Made by a program: the position numbers and the translations under genes. From Kudoa neothunni (lineage: Eukaryota; Animalia; Cnidaria): 64,000 bases of DNA. The notes below the pieces were generated by a model, which was given only the letters and a program-made list of their open reading frames with translations, did no database searches and had not been told where the DNA came from. The stretch spans positions 6,621,731 through 6,685,730 of the forward strand of contig OZ199838.1 of the NCBI GenBank assembly GCA_964304625.1. Reading direction: 5' to 3'. Positions 12,680 through 27,343 of this stretch are shown piece after piece; within the stretch, counting starts at the first letter, position 1, and each line of letters starts with the position of its first letter.

Positions 12680-13760
12680 TTGCTGTGGTTCGGCCACAAA
12701 TTTTCATATTTATAATACTCATATCAATCCTCTTCCTTAGTAGTTAGTACTCAATTTATGTTTTATCACGGTGTGTATCTCTATTTCATATACATGAATC
12801 TCATTATCGAAAAGTATTAAATAGCGCCTTAGGGCAGGGATAAATTTTAAATGACAGGGAGTAAATTAAGTGACATAAAAATTGAATAGATTAATATTTG
12901 CATAATGTGGTTTGTGACTTACTTAAGGATTTCTAAGGAATTATATTATTTAGGGTTATTAAACTCAATAAGTTGTCAGAAATACTTAAAATGTTTGTAG
13001 GAATAATTATTTAACAACTATTTATAAAAATGCTAGAAATCGCTTTCTTTTATGCCTCGTTTATTTTTTAAGATGTAGCCTAATAATAATAATAATACTT
13101 ATATGGACTATTTGCACAGTAAATAATATTCATGCGATATTAATTTGATTATTGTTCATTATTTCTGGCCTCTAAGAGCGCAGGAATGGGTTGGAAATTA
13201 TTGAATTTAGTAGAACCCACAAAAATAAATCTGTAGACAGCTTGTTAATAAAAGTTCATAGGATTAAAAGCTGTCATTACGCGGGAGTACCTACCTTTTA
13301 GGATTAGAATTTACCCTGAATGTAACCTCTGCCAAAGCTAAACCAGTAAAGATCTAAAATTAAATATTAATTTTTCTTCCAAGTTAAGGGTGTAAATTTA
13401 GATTTTTCAATAGGCCGAGGGGGTAAATTTGAAAAACCGCTGCGAACCCCTGAATTACGCTACGCTGTATGAAGACTCCACTATAATTAAATAAGTTATG
13501 CATAAGGAGAAAGAAGCAAGATATCAGAACGTGTGGGATAAAATTATTTGTATCAAACTATTAAAATTATTAATAATATTAGAAAAAATCAAAATAAACA
13601 ATACAATAGTGTTTCTTCCATTAAACTTTACAAGAAAAAGCAGCGGGGAATTACCCCTCTATTCAGATCAATTTGTCAATGTCAGAATGCGCCAGAGAAT
13701 ATTTCAGAAAATCATTAAAGACAATAGAATTTAACCTAATTTGTCACAACATACTTTATG

Positions 13761-16700
13761 TTAATGATTCCTTGGAGAAAGCTTCTCGTGGAGTAAACAA
13801 AGTTTGTAATGAGATGAGCAGTGAGATAGTAGAGGAGGTATGTTTTTGATGAGGGTTACTTGAGAGGGGTCATCGTTAGTGACCTCCGATAGCAACCCGT
13901 AAGCTAAACATGTTCCATAAAAAACCAACGAGTTTATGGTTTCAAAATGTTCTAAGTTAATGTGCACACGATCTACTACTTGTTTGTAAATGGGAGTCTT
14001 CACACAGTTTGTCACAATGGAGGATAATTTTTTAGTAGATTTCTCGGTAAGAATCCAATCCAAAAATAAGTTTGAACAGGTGTGATTCTGTTGAATAAAA
14101 GTATTAACACCTACGTAGTATGAAAATAGGCAATCTGCAGCACAATTCTGAACTGTGTCCCATTCATAGTAAGAGTTAATTGCACACGAGTAAGTGCCAT
14201 ATTTGTATTGATCGTTAATTGATATGGCAGAGGATGAACCAAAACTCATAGAATCCAAATCGCTGGGACAGATATTCAATTGTTTAATAACACTTTTAAA
14301 TTTATTAGCTGGGTTCACAATCATGTCCGTAATATTTGGATCTGTAAGTAAATCCCAACAAATAAACTCAAATTTAGCAAATGGGCTTCCCTCCATGGAC
14401 TTCATACGGAGAGTATGAAACAGTGTTCTACAGCATGAACGGCTTGACTCCATGTGATTACCGTTGGAACTATCTACAAATGCATTTAATTACTTGGCGT
14501 TAGTTTATATTTAGAAAATATTACCAGCGAATGTTAGAGATTTAGTAATGGAGTTTCTGACATCCCAATCCTCATCAAATATCAATGTGACAGTAGCGTA
14601 AAACCCCGCATATCGAATAAATTCTACAATAAGTACTTTATTAAAATAAATGGATATTTAAATAACCTTTCAAAAATGGATTGGTAAAGCATTCACAAAA
14701 TGAGTTCCATCGAGAGAGAACCACAATAACGCATTGACGACATTGTACAGCTTTACAAGCACTGGAACCGGAAAGAATTATTTCACAGCAAGCATAAATC
14801 AAATATTGAAATTCATTCTGCATAAAAATCCACATTAGTCATTTTAATTAATGAAATTCGCAAAATGAAACATACATCGTTTTCCATTTCGATTGCAAAC
14901 TTAAGAATACAATTTAGATAATATTCAATAAATTCGCCACTCCACTGTATGAAGAGGACCATATTTTGAGTTCTATTAACGAAAACTAACAATAAACGAT
15001 TATCGCATGGAAATATCACGTCAAACTATTAATATCCACGGATTTTATGATGGAATAACATTTTTTGATGTAGGAAGTTGAATCTGATTTGTTAAACTTG
15101 CTTAAAAGTTCCATTTCCAGTAATAAAGCCTGAATAAGTAAGATACATATACTAGATGATATAATGCATATTAAACGGACCAACCTTAATATTTATTTCT
15201 TGTGAAATGGATGGACAATGATAGCTGTTTGAAAGATCCATAATTTTTGAAATTATCTTAAGCCAATCTTTGTCAATATTCGTTGAATTATTCAAAAAGA
15301 TGACATTTTGAAGATAGTTAAATAAGTTGGTAGCTATACGAAAACGAAAATGAAAAACAAAATTTAACAAACTATACCGACAAGCTTCCAATGACAATAT
15401 TTTATGAGAGCCGATATATTCTCCATTAATTTGGAATTATTTGTTTCGACATACAATCGAATGGTATTTTTTAGTAGAGTTTTAAGAATCGTGTTTTGTT
15501 GGAAACTTTCTTTACAAGTTTCGAAAAATTTTGGATCTGTCGCCATTTTTAAGGTACAACTATCGAAAATATCCTTAAATGTTAGCAAAACACCTAAAAA
15601 CTAACTCATTACTGACAAGATCAATAGTAAATTACCTAACCTAGAGTGTATGTCATAAATAAAACTTTTACAATATAGATCCATCCTACCATTTCTAATT
15701 AATAAACAAACAAAGTTAGATAATTTTAAGTAAAATGTCAAATAAATACTCAAGTTGATGATTATCTAAAATGAGGGAAAGTAATATCGGATCAATCGTA
15801 GATCTTAGTTTCGAGACTGATTTATTTGACGCATCTAGACTTCCGTTATTGATAACTTTAAGACTTGCTCTGATCTATAGTTTGATAAATCATCGTGGGG
15901 GAATTTTATGACAAGTTTAAATACATAGAGATAGTCTCCATAGATTTCATCGAGTTTCATTTCATTAATATTTCCATTATTATAACCGCTAATGTAGTCA
16001 GCAAAATTTCGTCAAAATTCAACCGAATACGTTGTGATAATTTCTTTGAATGATGTATATGCAGTTTTGAATAGGTGGCAAGCCCATTCAAAGGAGTACA
16101 AACTAATGATACATTTGTAAGCCATTTGACGTAGATTCATGTATGAAATTGATTTCAAACTAAAACAGCAAACATAAAATGGTTGAAATTTTCAAAAATA
16201 ACTTTTGTAGTAGATTAGAGAGGTTAATCATCAGAGTTTGTTCGTGAGTTGTTAAAGAAGATTGTTCGTTAGTATCCACGGAGAAAGGGTTATTCTCTGT
16301 GGCGGGATGCAGTTGAATAAGTAGATGAAGCAATGCACATATAGGATAGAAATAGTGTTTTATTTCCGTGTAGCTATGTAATAAAGAGTTTCTGATTAAT
16401 CTATCTATTGGATAAAAATATACTAACCTTAAATGATTATCAGCTTTGGAATTGGCCGATAAAATTTTATGATATTTCCCCAGCAGCATGATCGCATCGT
16501 TGAATATTGAGGGATAACGTGTGTTAAATTGTTGAATAGTTAATTTTCTTTTAAAAAAATTATCAAAAAAATTCCTATATAAAAACGCCTAATACTTTGC
16601 CAATAGTTGTGGATTAAAAATGCGCTTGTAGATTTTTCCATACAGCAATTGGCAGGAATTTTTAACCTACAACATTTGATTAATATACTGAAGGTAGGAT

Positions 16701-19700
16701 TCATTTAATTATAACTTACGAGAAACTCCTCACTGCCTAAACCTTCTATCACAAAAACGAACATTTCTCTCACAAAAGACTCCGTTAAACTCGAAATAGA
16801 GGACATTTCTATGAGGTGTTGTAATATGTTGAGAAAGGCCACCTAACAAGCAGTGCTATCACACCAATACAACAATCCAACATCCTAACATAGCTGTTGA
16901 GAAGGTTTTCATTTGCAACGGGGAAATAAGCCCGACCCACTTTTTTCCAGGTACCAACCACAGTTTTTCCAATCTCTAAACAAATATTTTCATGCGTAAA
17001 TTCTAAAAAAGGTACCTTGAAGCAATGTTTGGACTAATGTTTTTCTAAATTGCGGCGGGGAGGACTCAATTATAATCTATTGGTATTTAAGAGGAATTGG
17101 AAGTGCTTTTAATAAACCAAATTTACCTGAAAAAATAAAGGTATTCCAGCGGAACGTTTTCGACGCGGGATCGAAAATATCCCATCCACACGACTATTGT
17201 CTCTGATGATCAACGATAAAACTTGATTCAGTAACTGTTGAGGGATATGATGAAACTCTTGATGTTTCCATACAGCTTCTAATACACGAGAAAAAGCATC
17301 TTTGGTTGCACTGTACAATCCCATGTGGGTGCCATGGATAAAAATGTTCAGGTAATGAGCGCAAAGGTGGAAAATGGCGGTTTCACCAAGTTCGACTGTG
17401 TTATTGGCTTTCAAACCCAAAAGCAATTCAACAAGTGTTGATGATAGCACGCAACATTCTTTAGTGATTTTCCACCATAAAACCACCTGTTCTTCAGCCA
17501 CATTTTCATCGCCTAAGCAACCGTTAAAATAGATCGATAAATTTACAACTGATAATTTATTTTTAATTCTAGTAAAAACTACTCTCTTGGAGAATTTCTT
17601 CTTCAATAACTCTGTTAGAAACCATTGACGAATAACACAACAAACGATCTATTTCATCTAACAAAATGGATGAGTATTTAACTACAAGGAACTCCCGTTC
17701 TTCAGCACCAACAAATTTAAGCATATGAACAGGAAAAGACAGAAATTTTCGCATAGTGCTTAGTCTTAACGGTGAAGACCATAATTTGGGTTGATTTTGA
17801 TGGCTTTGAATAACACTCAATGTGATGTGCCAGAGAAAATCATATCCCGAAACGAATTTTTTATTGTGGATATCTGAAGGAATTAAAGGATAGCCCAGTT
17901 GTTGAAAGGCTTCAATAACCAAATCTTTATCATACAAACCAAGAATCGACAAAAAGTATCCAGAAAAAAACTCGGTGGAAGTAACATTATCGATATCGTA
18001 AGTTAGGATGATTGAGATAAAATTTTTTATGTCGTTTACATTGTAGATTTTTGATGCAGAATACGAACGTCGCACAATGCAACAGAGAGTTTCACAAATT
18101 AGATCTTTGTTCGCACAGTAGTTGTCCATCAACAAGAACATCAGACAACTGCAAACTTTCTTTTCGCCCAAACACAACTCTAACTGTTTAGACACCACTG
18201 AAAGATTGCTGTCTTTGATTTTAGCGTTATTAGAGGATTTCTCTTGTAAAAATGTTAAAGAGATTATCTGAATTACACTGCAGGCGGTGGTATTTTGTCC
18301 AAATGTGGTTGACGGCGTAAACATACTCAAACAACACTTCACAACTTCAATGACACCTTTAACTATATCATCGTTGTGAGAACCCAAATATTTGTCAGTT
18401 AGTTTAGACAAATATTTGGTCAATTCTTTCTGAAATCGTTTCCTAACCACAGAACTCTCATCATTTGAATGATGATCAATAAAAAGTCTTATCATATCGA
18501 ACTGATAATCGAGAGAAAATTTATTTTCTATTATTATAATAGTAGGAGATATTGCGGTTAAAATAAATTTGAGGGCTTCAACTGCTAACACACCATCGGG
18601 ATGAGAAATCGCACGAGCAACAATACTAATCAATATCTGGGGACTGATTGGACTTTTTTGCTGAGTGATACTTAATTTCAACTTGTTCAAAATAACAAAA
18701 ACCGCATCTGTATTCAACGATAACTCAAACAAATGCTGCTGAAGCTTATCCATTGGGATCCATTTCAACAAAATCTTGCTCATACTTGTGTACAGCTTTG
18801 GAATAAACTGACCAACGAACAAATCTTTCAGACCGACTGGAAGCATACAAAACACATCAAGAACCGGTTTCAACCAACAATCCAACCAAACTTTAGCTGC
18901 GTTAGAATTATCATAATTGAATAATTCATTGTCATATTCAATCATCAATGCATATAATGTAGAATATTTGTTAAAGGCGTGCTCATCTTGCAACCCTTTC
19001 AATATATTTTCTTTCAAATGAGGCATTAATTTAAGTATAAGCGAAATGTTTTTAGATTTTTCTATAATTATCTTCAACAAATAGTGACTTTTAAGGGATA
19101 CTTTTCCGTTTGGACGATCCAACTCTAATATTTTCAACATATTTTTCATAATGGCGATCATTTGATTGTCATAATCTTTGGATGAATGTGTTAGCTGCAA
19201 AAATTCCAACACCATCTCGAAAGTTTCACTGGCCAGGTATGTAACCAACTTGGTGGACTTTTGTGCAAATGTATGAACAACTAAATCAACAGATTTTTGA
19301 TGATAGTTACGTCGGGCCGTAATAAAGTCAGTAATAAATTCATCTCTTTTCCATTCGAAATTTAGAGTATTTTTCAAAAACCCGACCACTCTCTTATACC
19401 ATCGATTTAAAGCCGTGATACTGCTCAATAGAACATCATCGTTCACCGAATTTCCCTCACTCATAATACACTCGAAAACCATTAACAACGTATTGTTGCT
19501 AGTCAAAATCTCCACTGATGCTTTGTTCATCAACTGTACGCAGTAGATAATTTTCAAATGGACATTCTGACCAACCAAATCGACGTGTTTATTCCCATAT
19601 TTTTCGTAATTTTGACACAACAATTTCGAAATAACATCAGAATTTGAGCAGAAAATCGGATCAATTGTGACTAACAAATTCATCGCGTTCAACACTGAAT

Positions 19701-20804
19701 ATACTGGGATTTTTAGAGAATCCACATTCTCCAATACTTGACCGATAGTATCTTGGCTGCAAGACTTAGTCAAATCGTAAATGACTTTCGGATTCTCCAC
19801 TCCCCTTCTGCTTATCATATCCACCGAAACCATATCCACCAATAGTGAGAGTATACTCGTAAAAATTGAACTTGTTTCCCAGTTGCTGTAATCAACTTCT
19901 TGGTTCCTATTTATCAATAAAAATAAAGTCAACATAGGAATTAAAGATTGCAATTTATGCAGTTTATTTTCACATGAGATGCATTAAAAACTACTAATAG
20001 GGATCAGCTTACAAAAGTATCTGCAATAACATTCTACTCAACTCATGAAGAACTTTGATCACTATAATCACAATAAATTTAATTAAATATATCAAAGACT
20101 AAATACATTCATCAATGTGGTCCTTGTAGAGAATTCGAGCTAAAAAATGTATAATATATCAGCATATTGAAAAAATACCCATCTCATTATCGGTTCTAAA
20201 ATGAGCCGTCAGGTGTATCATGAGTCGTATTTGAGAGATGGACGATTTCCAATCCACTAACTATACACGATCATATTCTTTAGTTATTTTTAAATCAAAA
20301 AATGATATGTACATTGGGCAATTCTGCTAACAAAAATGAACATTCGTCGTGAAGCATTTTTACAAAATCCTTTCTTCCGGAAATAATTGATAAAAATTCT
20401 CTATACCAACAAATATTTATTGTTCGCAATTTTACCGGTTTACCTATTTAATTTTCTCGTTGCTCGGTGTGGATAATAAAAAAAGTAATACCAAATGTAC
20501 ATTCGAATTAGGTAGGAGTTTTCAGCAGAATAATCGTCTCGTAAAGTCTTAAAATTAAATTTATAACTTTGAAAATTATTTGAAATTCTACTACATTTCT
20601 AAGATGAGAAATCAATCGATTAACATTAATTTCTGGCTTGATTTCAGTTGCGCTTTTAAGAAACTCTCGATTCAATTCAATCAACTCGTTTTCCGTACTT
20701 TCTTCTACTGTAAAATCCAATAAAATTCCTAAATTAAGATTTTTACCACTCGTTGGCTCATTTTCGAATAGATGTTTATCGATGACCCCCTTCAACTGAC
20801 TCAT
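13761..20804 (-). CDS. THADA: THADA/Trm732-family ARM-repeat protein (tRNA 2'-O-methylation cofactor), multi-exon
   Basis: DUF2428 signatures VVLWWKITKEC, THMGLYSATKDAF and RRKRSAGIPLFFQ; one 794-codon open exon plus many downstream exons on the same strand; overall length fits the family. Confidence 0.85.
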
Positions 20805-23565
20805 TCTTGTCTAACGTGGTTACTAATATTTGCGTAAGCAATTTGATAAAAAAAGTTTTTAATTTTTAAATTAACGAAAATTTTTAATTTGATTTTTAAT
20901 GATCAAAAACTTTATTTTTCTTAAAAATTAAATAAAATTCTGTCCCTACGAATCGCTACGACGCAAATTTCGCAACTATTCGTATTAATTTACTACATAA
21001 CTGAACTACTTGACTATTAGAATTTTCGAGCGCTTTTCCACTCTTATTATAATAGAAAATTTCCTTAAATCGGGAGGATAAATTTTGAGAACTCTAAAAA
21101 TTCAAAATTTATAGTTAATAATTATTCTCATTACTCTTTTATTAATTTGGATTTTTTTAACGCCAGAAAATAAAAAAGCCATTTTTAAGTCAGTCTCATA
21201 ATTTTATGTCAATTTAATCTATACCTGGAGGAAAAAGAAAGTTTTATTTATATTCAAACTAATTTGTATAATATTTGATTGATTTGCATCGTGGAATTTT
21301 TTTAATTATTGTGTTTCAACTATCTTCTAAAGTTTTAGTCTAGATTTAATCAAATAAATACTTTTTTTAATTAAACACTCATAATAAATAAAAATATTCG
21401 TCGCTAGCATTTTGAATTGATAACTTTCATCAGAGAAGTCTGTATTATTTTATATTTATTATCATTACAACAAATTAATAGAACATTTATCTCGAGAATT
21501 TTTCAAATACTTTTGACTCTGACACCAATGATTTTTATGTAAAGCTCTCTGAATACTCAGAATTGCATGTGCTTAGCTAGGTTTGAATTGACTTCATGGA
21601 ACTAGTGCGTGTATTCGCTATAGAATTCGACAATGGGTCTTTTAATAATATTTTAACTTCAAATAACTTAAAATACGATTTAAGTTATTCAGTCTATAAA
21701 AATTTAATTCTCCTCATAAAATAGTGTTCGGTAAAACTTTGGTTAGCCAGGGATATATTTTTCAATTGAATCATTTATTGGATATCTGTATTTAAATGTT
21801 TAAGAATAAATAGTTTGAGGTATTGTTTCACCTATTAAAATAACGCTCTTTCATTCATTTAGTATTCGAATCTCAACAAATCAAAGTTAATCACAAAATA
21901 CTGGAATATTTTGATAAAACTAAGGTTTATGATAAAAAATTAATTCAAAAACATACGAACGATAAAATAACCTGAAATTAATCTTGACTAACAGATAAAT
22001 AAATTTATAGAATGCCAAAATAACAATTTTTTTACATTTATAGTATTTAATTCGACGCTGAATAAATTCCAAATTTACGTCTCTAATGGTTTATGAAATA
22101 TCAAAGTCAATAACCTCATATAATATAATTTATAAAATAGGCCATTTTTTAACATGATTCAGAAAACACAATTATCTAATAAAAAATTTATTAAATTTAA
22201 GTATACCACAATTTTTTCAACGAATTAAAAGAAAATAAGCGATTAGTTTTTAATAAAAGCACAACGCTTTCTTTAGTAAAATTTAAAAATGTTATATTTT
22301 ATTTTAAATTAAAATTAAAATCAAAAAAGGGATTAAACATATTATAAGTTATTAACATTATTTATTCAATAAATTAAAAGAGGTTTTGTTTAAAATTCCA
22401 ATGGTTCCTTGCTGATAAATGTATGATATACGGATGATAAACATATTTTCTAATATTCTAATATTAATAATAGAACCTTGACGTTAAATTATATATTTAA
22501 GAAGTATTTTAACTGAAAAACGAATCAAAAATATTTTGAAATTTTAATCTCCAACTGTAATATATCATCATCAGAATCTCATTGGCTCTATTGGTATATA
22601 TCTTAGCCTTATTTTTGTTATTAAGGAAACGCATATATATTGAGGTGTTGTATGAATCTAGCTAAAAATAGAATACATTATTGAATATTTATCATCCGAC
22701 CGTTATATCATAGAAGTATTTTATATAAACAATATATTTTATTTAAAAATGAAATGATTAATTGTGTTATTTAATCCTATTCCCTAAGAAGAAATTTACC
22801 TAAGGAAATTAAAGGATTAGATGATGCATAGTTTAAGAACTTTGATACATTAATTTTAGATAGTTAACTGAATTTTTTATAATAATATGAAATATATTTA
22901 ATAAAATATTTTTCTCATTATAAAAATCGATAAAACATTCAAATTATTTTTTTCTATCCTATTAATAACAAAAACTATTATAAACATGTATGATATAAAT
23001 GTAAAGTATAACAAAGTTTAATTCGTTTTTGAGTAATTAACTTAAATGGTAAAAAATGTTATTGAGGTCAAAACTCCACTAATATAGTAAGTAATATTGT
23101 AACTGCAAACGAATTAACAGGAATGACTCAAAATTTTACATTATAATTTTTTGTATCAAAAAACGTCAACTCAAGCTATAATTATTATGATTTATCTAAC
23201 CTATGGAAAGTAAATTAACTACGCTATTAAACACACAAAAAACAATTATATTTCAACCTTAAAAAGCTTAAATTATTTCAGCATACTCCTTTAATTTGAG
23301 TTCCTGGTTTGGCACATATTTTGTCTAAATCTGATCTTTGAGAGTAAGAAACTGTTAGACTAGAGTTAATTTTAAAAACCGTAGTTAGACTTAACTATAA
23401 ACAACGTTGGATAAAGAAGTAATGGCGATAAGCGCAGAAAATCAGTTTAATTAAGAGCTGCTAGAGGAATAATTTCTAACTTAATTGTGGAAAATTACTA
23501 AAATGTATGTAAGCTTCAGTAGAATATTAGGAGCAATCAGATAAACGGGCATTGGAATTATAGAG

Positions 23566-25779
23566 TTATAGCCCCACAGCGCCTCCAAATCTTCTAAAGT
23601 CACCTACGCCAATTATATTTGTAGGTTTAGCATTCTCATCGAGTGTAAGTTTTATTCCTGAAACAGTCGAAGAAAAAATATATTTGATATTTCGGAATTT
23701 AACTCTTCTTCTATTAGCGATGGACTTACGAGCAAACCTTGGTATTATTTTAACGCGTTCCGAAAGGACACTAAAGAGAATTAGGATGCGTTTAATAATT
23801 CAAATTTACGTCTTGGTATTCGGTATAACAGAAATTCGAAAAGCTTTGATTGATCCTAATAGCGTAGCGTTTCTGTAATAATGATTGAAGAGAACTTGGG
23901 CAATGACAGCTGGAATTCTGATTCCTCCAGTGGCTGATAATATCGCTTCAATGCGTTCATGTTTTTTGTTCAAAATCAGTACTGGCGTCAAGTAGTTTAC
24001 ATGTCTAAAAATTTTGGTCCCATTTTGTGTAGTATTCTTAGAGGACGCAGAGTTGTTTATTTCAGTTTCCCAAGAAATTTGTTTACGATCGACCATAAAA
24101 CCCAAATCAGGATAACTAATCTGATAACCGAATCTAACGATGAAATAAATACAAACTTTTCTGCAATAAAAATAATATTACATGCCGGTTATAAAAGATG
24201 CCATCGATACACCATTTCCGCAGCTATCTATCACACTTACTGAGGCAGTTCCATGAAGTTCGTGGGGAATTATATCGCTTGTGTCGCCGATTGTTTTATT
24301 TTCTGTTGTTTCTGGTTGTTCCGAGGTAAACTCGGGTGGTACATAATTAGGTAGTGTTTCAGTTCCGGCATTTTTGTTTTTGGCGTATTTGTAAAAGTTT
24401 TTACTTTTCTTGATCTATTGTTTAGCTTATTGCACTTTAATTAATGTATATTACTGCATTATGTGCCTTTGAAATTTCTTTTGGAAATCGATAAGCTTTC
24501 TCCACCGAATCATACACACGAACAAAATACATTGGTTTTGGTCTCGCACTCGGCTTAAAAATAGCTGGTGTTTGCTGTTGATAATCTAGTTGGTAAATTT
24601 AAACTGGACTATTCGGATAGAAGAACTTGTTACTTTTTAAATTATTAATAATTGATATAAGGATTGGGCCTCCACTTCTATTGGAAGATGTTACCATATT
24701 TGTTTGGTTATCCAGGGTCTGTATGATTGGGTTGATATTGCTGGTTTTATACTCGGAAAAATCGTTCAAAGAGCTAAAAATTGATTTTTTCTTAAGGAAA
24801 TCTATCATTTTTTTGGCTATATCTCCAGTGTAAATTGTTTTATGGTCCAACGACAAGAGGTGCAATGTTTTCGCTAAAGGCTCATTCGCAATCCGGCTGC
24901 CTACGGGTTTCAGAACATCTTTTTCGAATAGCATTTCCCTACAATTTTTAAATATTAATCACATTACAATAAACTACCTTAAGAATGGATCTTTTTTCAA
25001 TTTCCTAGCATACGATTTAGCCATATAATAAAACGACGGTTTTATTTGCCAACCTTTAAGAGCAATCACAATCGGAAGATCGAAAAGTGATTTCCATTCA
25101 AGATTTCCTCCTGCCTTCCACAAATCATGTAATCCCATTATCATTCCTGGTATTCCAAATGTGCCTTTTTTTATTCGATTGAACAAAAATTAAACATTCT
25201 ACAATTATCTACCTTTCTTTTTTGACTTTGCTTCCTCCAAATTCAAACCTGACGGCTTAATTTGGCGAAAGTCTATTATCTTCAGTTTTCCGTTCATTAA
25301 ACTTAAAGATATACCGCCACCAGCCAATCCTTAAAATATATTGAGTTATAGCGGTAAAATAAATATAATCAAGATACCTGTGGATGAAAATTCAATTACT
25401 GTCAAACAAAGTGATGCAGCAATTGCAGAGTCAATCGCATTACCACCATTAGCAAGATAGAATTCTCCCACTCTAGAACATCTCACGTCATCCGATGAAA
25501 CCATAGCCTTCTTGGATTCGTTAAACATTTTGTAGTTTCTTTTTGAGAAATCAGTGAAATAAGTTAGATTGAACTTTTCGCTGGCCAAAAGTTTTTTCAC
25601 CCTTTCTTCGACATCTTCAACCGATGAATCAGGCTTAGGGGTTACATCCGCACATTCCTTTCTCCTCAGAAAGGTTATTACAACAACTATACCTATCTTT
25701 AACATCAAAAAATGACTATTTAGATATTAAAAAAATATACTATTTTATACAAAGAATCTTTGTTTGTTGATAGCCACAT
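23566..25779 (-). CDS. GGT-family Ntn-hydrolase, array copy 1 (divergent substrate pocket)
   Basis: MWLSTNKDSLYKI|IGIVVVITFL...; VSSDDVRCSRVG...GGNAIDSAIAASLCL...STGLAGGG; GIPGMIMGL; small subunit HG-TASVSVIDSCGNGVS...SATGGIRIP...GDFRRFGGAVGL*. Start codon inferred by analogy with the other copies. Confidence 0.88.
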
Positions 25780-26386
25780 TCTAACTGAGTTAGGTTGTAA
25801 TAGCCTGGCTAATTTTTTCAGTAAATGGTCGCTTCGAACTTACATTCCCCATGATAAATACTGATAATAGAAGCCAGTCGATGATTCCATAGAAGAATAG
25901 TTTTATGGGGTTTCAATTCCCTTGTCTTTTTAATATCAATGTGCGATTGATAGTAGATGAAAAATGAACCTCGTTACTATCCATATCTTAATAAATTGCA
26001 CTTGGTGATAAATATCACATTTTTTTATTAATTCTAATTCATGTTCTAAAAATAAGTGACACAAATATCAAATATGGTAGACTTTTATTTATGCAAGCAT
26101 ATTTCGGATAATTTTTCTTAAATAATAAATGCATTATATACTATAATATATTTCGACGATAAAATAGATATTATAGACAATTGAATTTTGTAAAAAATTA
26201 GAACTGAGTAATAATGTTTTAAATTAATAATTAAGATAACTCTGGTTTATATAAATTAAAAGCACATTCTAAACTATGTAAATAAGCCTAATTCCATCTT
26301 TCATTATGATACAAACTTATTTACAATAAATATTAAAGTCAAGAAATTTTCATCAACCTCGCTTGCTGTGATCTTATAATATAGAT

Positions 26387-27005
26387 CAGCGGTTCTCAAA
26401 ATGGGTTCCACGGAACCTTTGGGTCCATGAAAAAAGCGTAGAGTTCCACAGAGCTACAATAAAAAAAAAATTTAATCATTATATAAGAAATCGGTACAGA
26501 TCATACAACGTCAGTAAATTTTCATTGATAGCTAGAGTTGACGTCACTGGTGATAGCTGGTTTTTGTCGGTTAGCCAAGCACCAACGCACCTCCGGGAAG
26601 ATTGAGCTGCTTTGCTGTTAACAGAAGTATTTCTTCTATTCAACAAATTATTTTTATTATGTTTAAAGCCCTACAATAGACCGGAGCTAAAAAAGCATAA
26701 AATTAGCAATATCATCTAAAGAAGGCACATGAACAGGTGAACTTTCAAACGAACGAGCTGCAAGCATTAGTTAAAAACACTGAATATGTTCCAATATGCT
26801 GAATGTTTTAAATTATTTTTTTTATTATAATATGTTTTTACCACTCCAATTTCGATAAGTGTATAAATAAAATATTTTTTTATCATGAGTATTATCCCAT
26901 TAAGGTTTGTTGAATTAACCTTAACGGGTTATTTAAAATAAGGGATCCATAATATTTCAAATAATGTAAAAGGGTTCCATTTCATATAAAGTTTGAGAAC
27001 CATTG
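26387..27005. mobile_element. hAT (Buster/Charlie-type) MITE
   Basis: TIRs CAGCGGTTCTCAAA / TTTGAGAACCATTG; degenerate 8-bp TSD atatagat / aagtagat with central TA; subterminal GGTTCCA-like motifs. Confidence 0.8.
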
Positions 27006-27343
27006 AAGTAGATTAATGTATATTATAAGAGATTGGGTTCCATTCTAAGAGAAAATGCCTTTTTTTGCAACAAAATACAATCGAAATTGAATAAAATCTT
27101 ATTAATTTTTAACGGTTTACAGAGCTTAAAAAGTTTATTATCAAAAATAAGAGTTGATTAGATTTTGCAAGTGAACAATATAAATTCCTAGTATTTGGCT
27201 TATAGGAAAATGACATATAGCAATTAAATAAAAATAAATTCTATCAGAATTATCTATAGGTTATAAAATTTTTGTAGTTAGACTGGAAAGTGAGTAACTT
27301 TAATGAAGAAATTGATTTGGATAATATTGTTCAATGAGTAATA

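Noticed and set aside
12820-13470. Possible MITE between BRAP and THADA (GC-rich end at about 13415-13468)
   Set aside because: No matching opposite TIR or TSD could be identified.
17500-17610. Apparent frameshift between the two overlapping THADA ORFs
   Set aside because: Explained by a normal GT-AG intron of about 70 nt (GAGA|GTAGTT...GCTTAG|GCGAT).
20900-23500. Long AT-rich stretch upstream of THADA examined for repeat arrays, CRISPR-like repeats or RNA genes
   Set aside because: No periodic repeats, structured RNA motifs or credible exons seen; the window is eukaryotic and no CRISPR array was seen anywhere.
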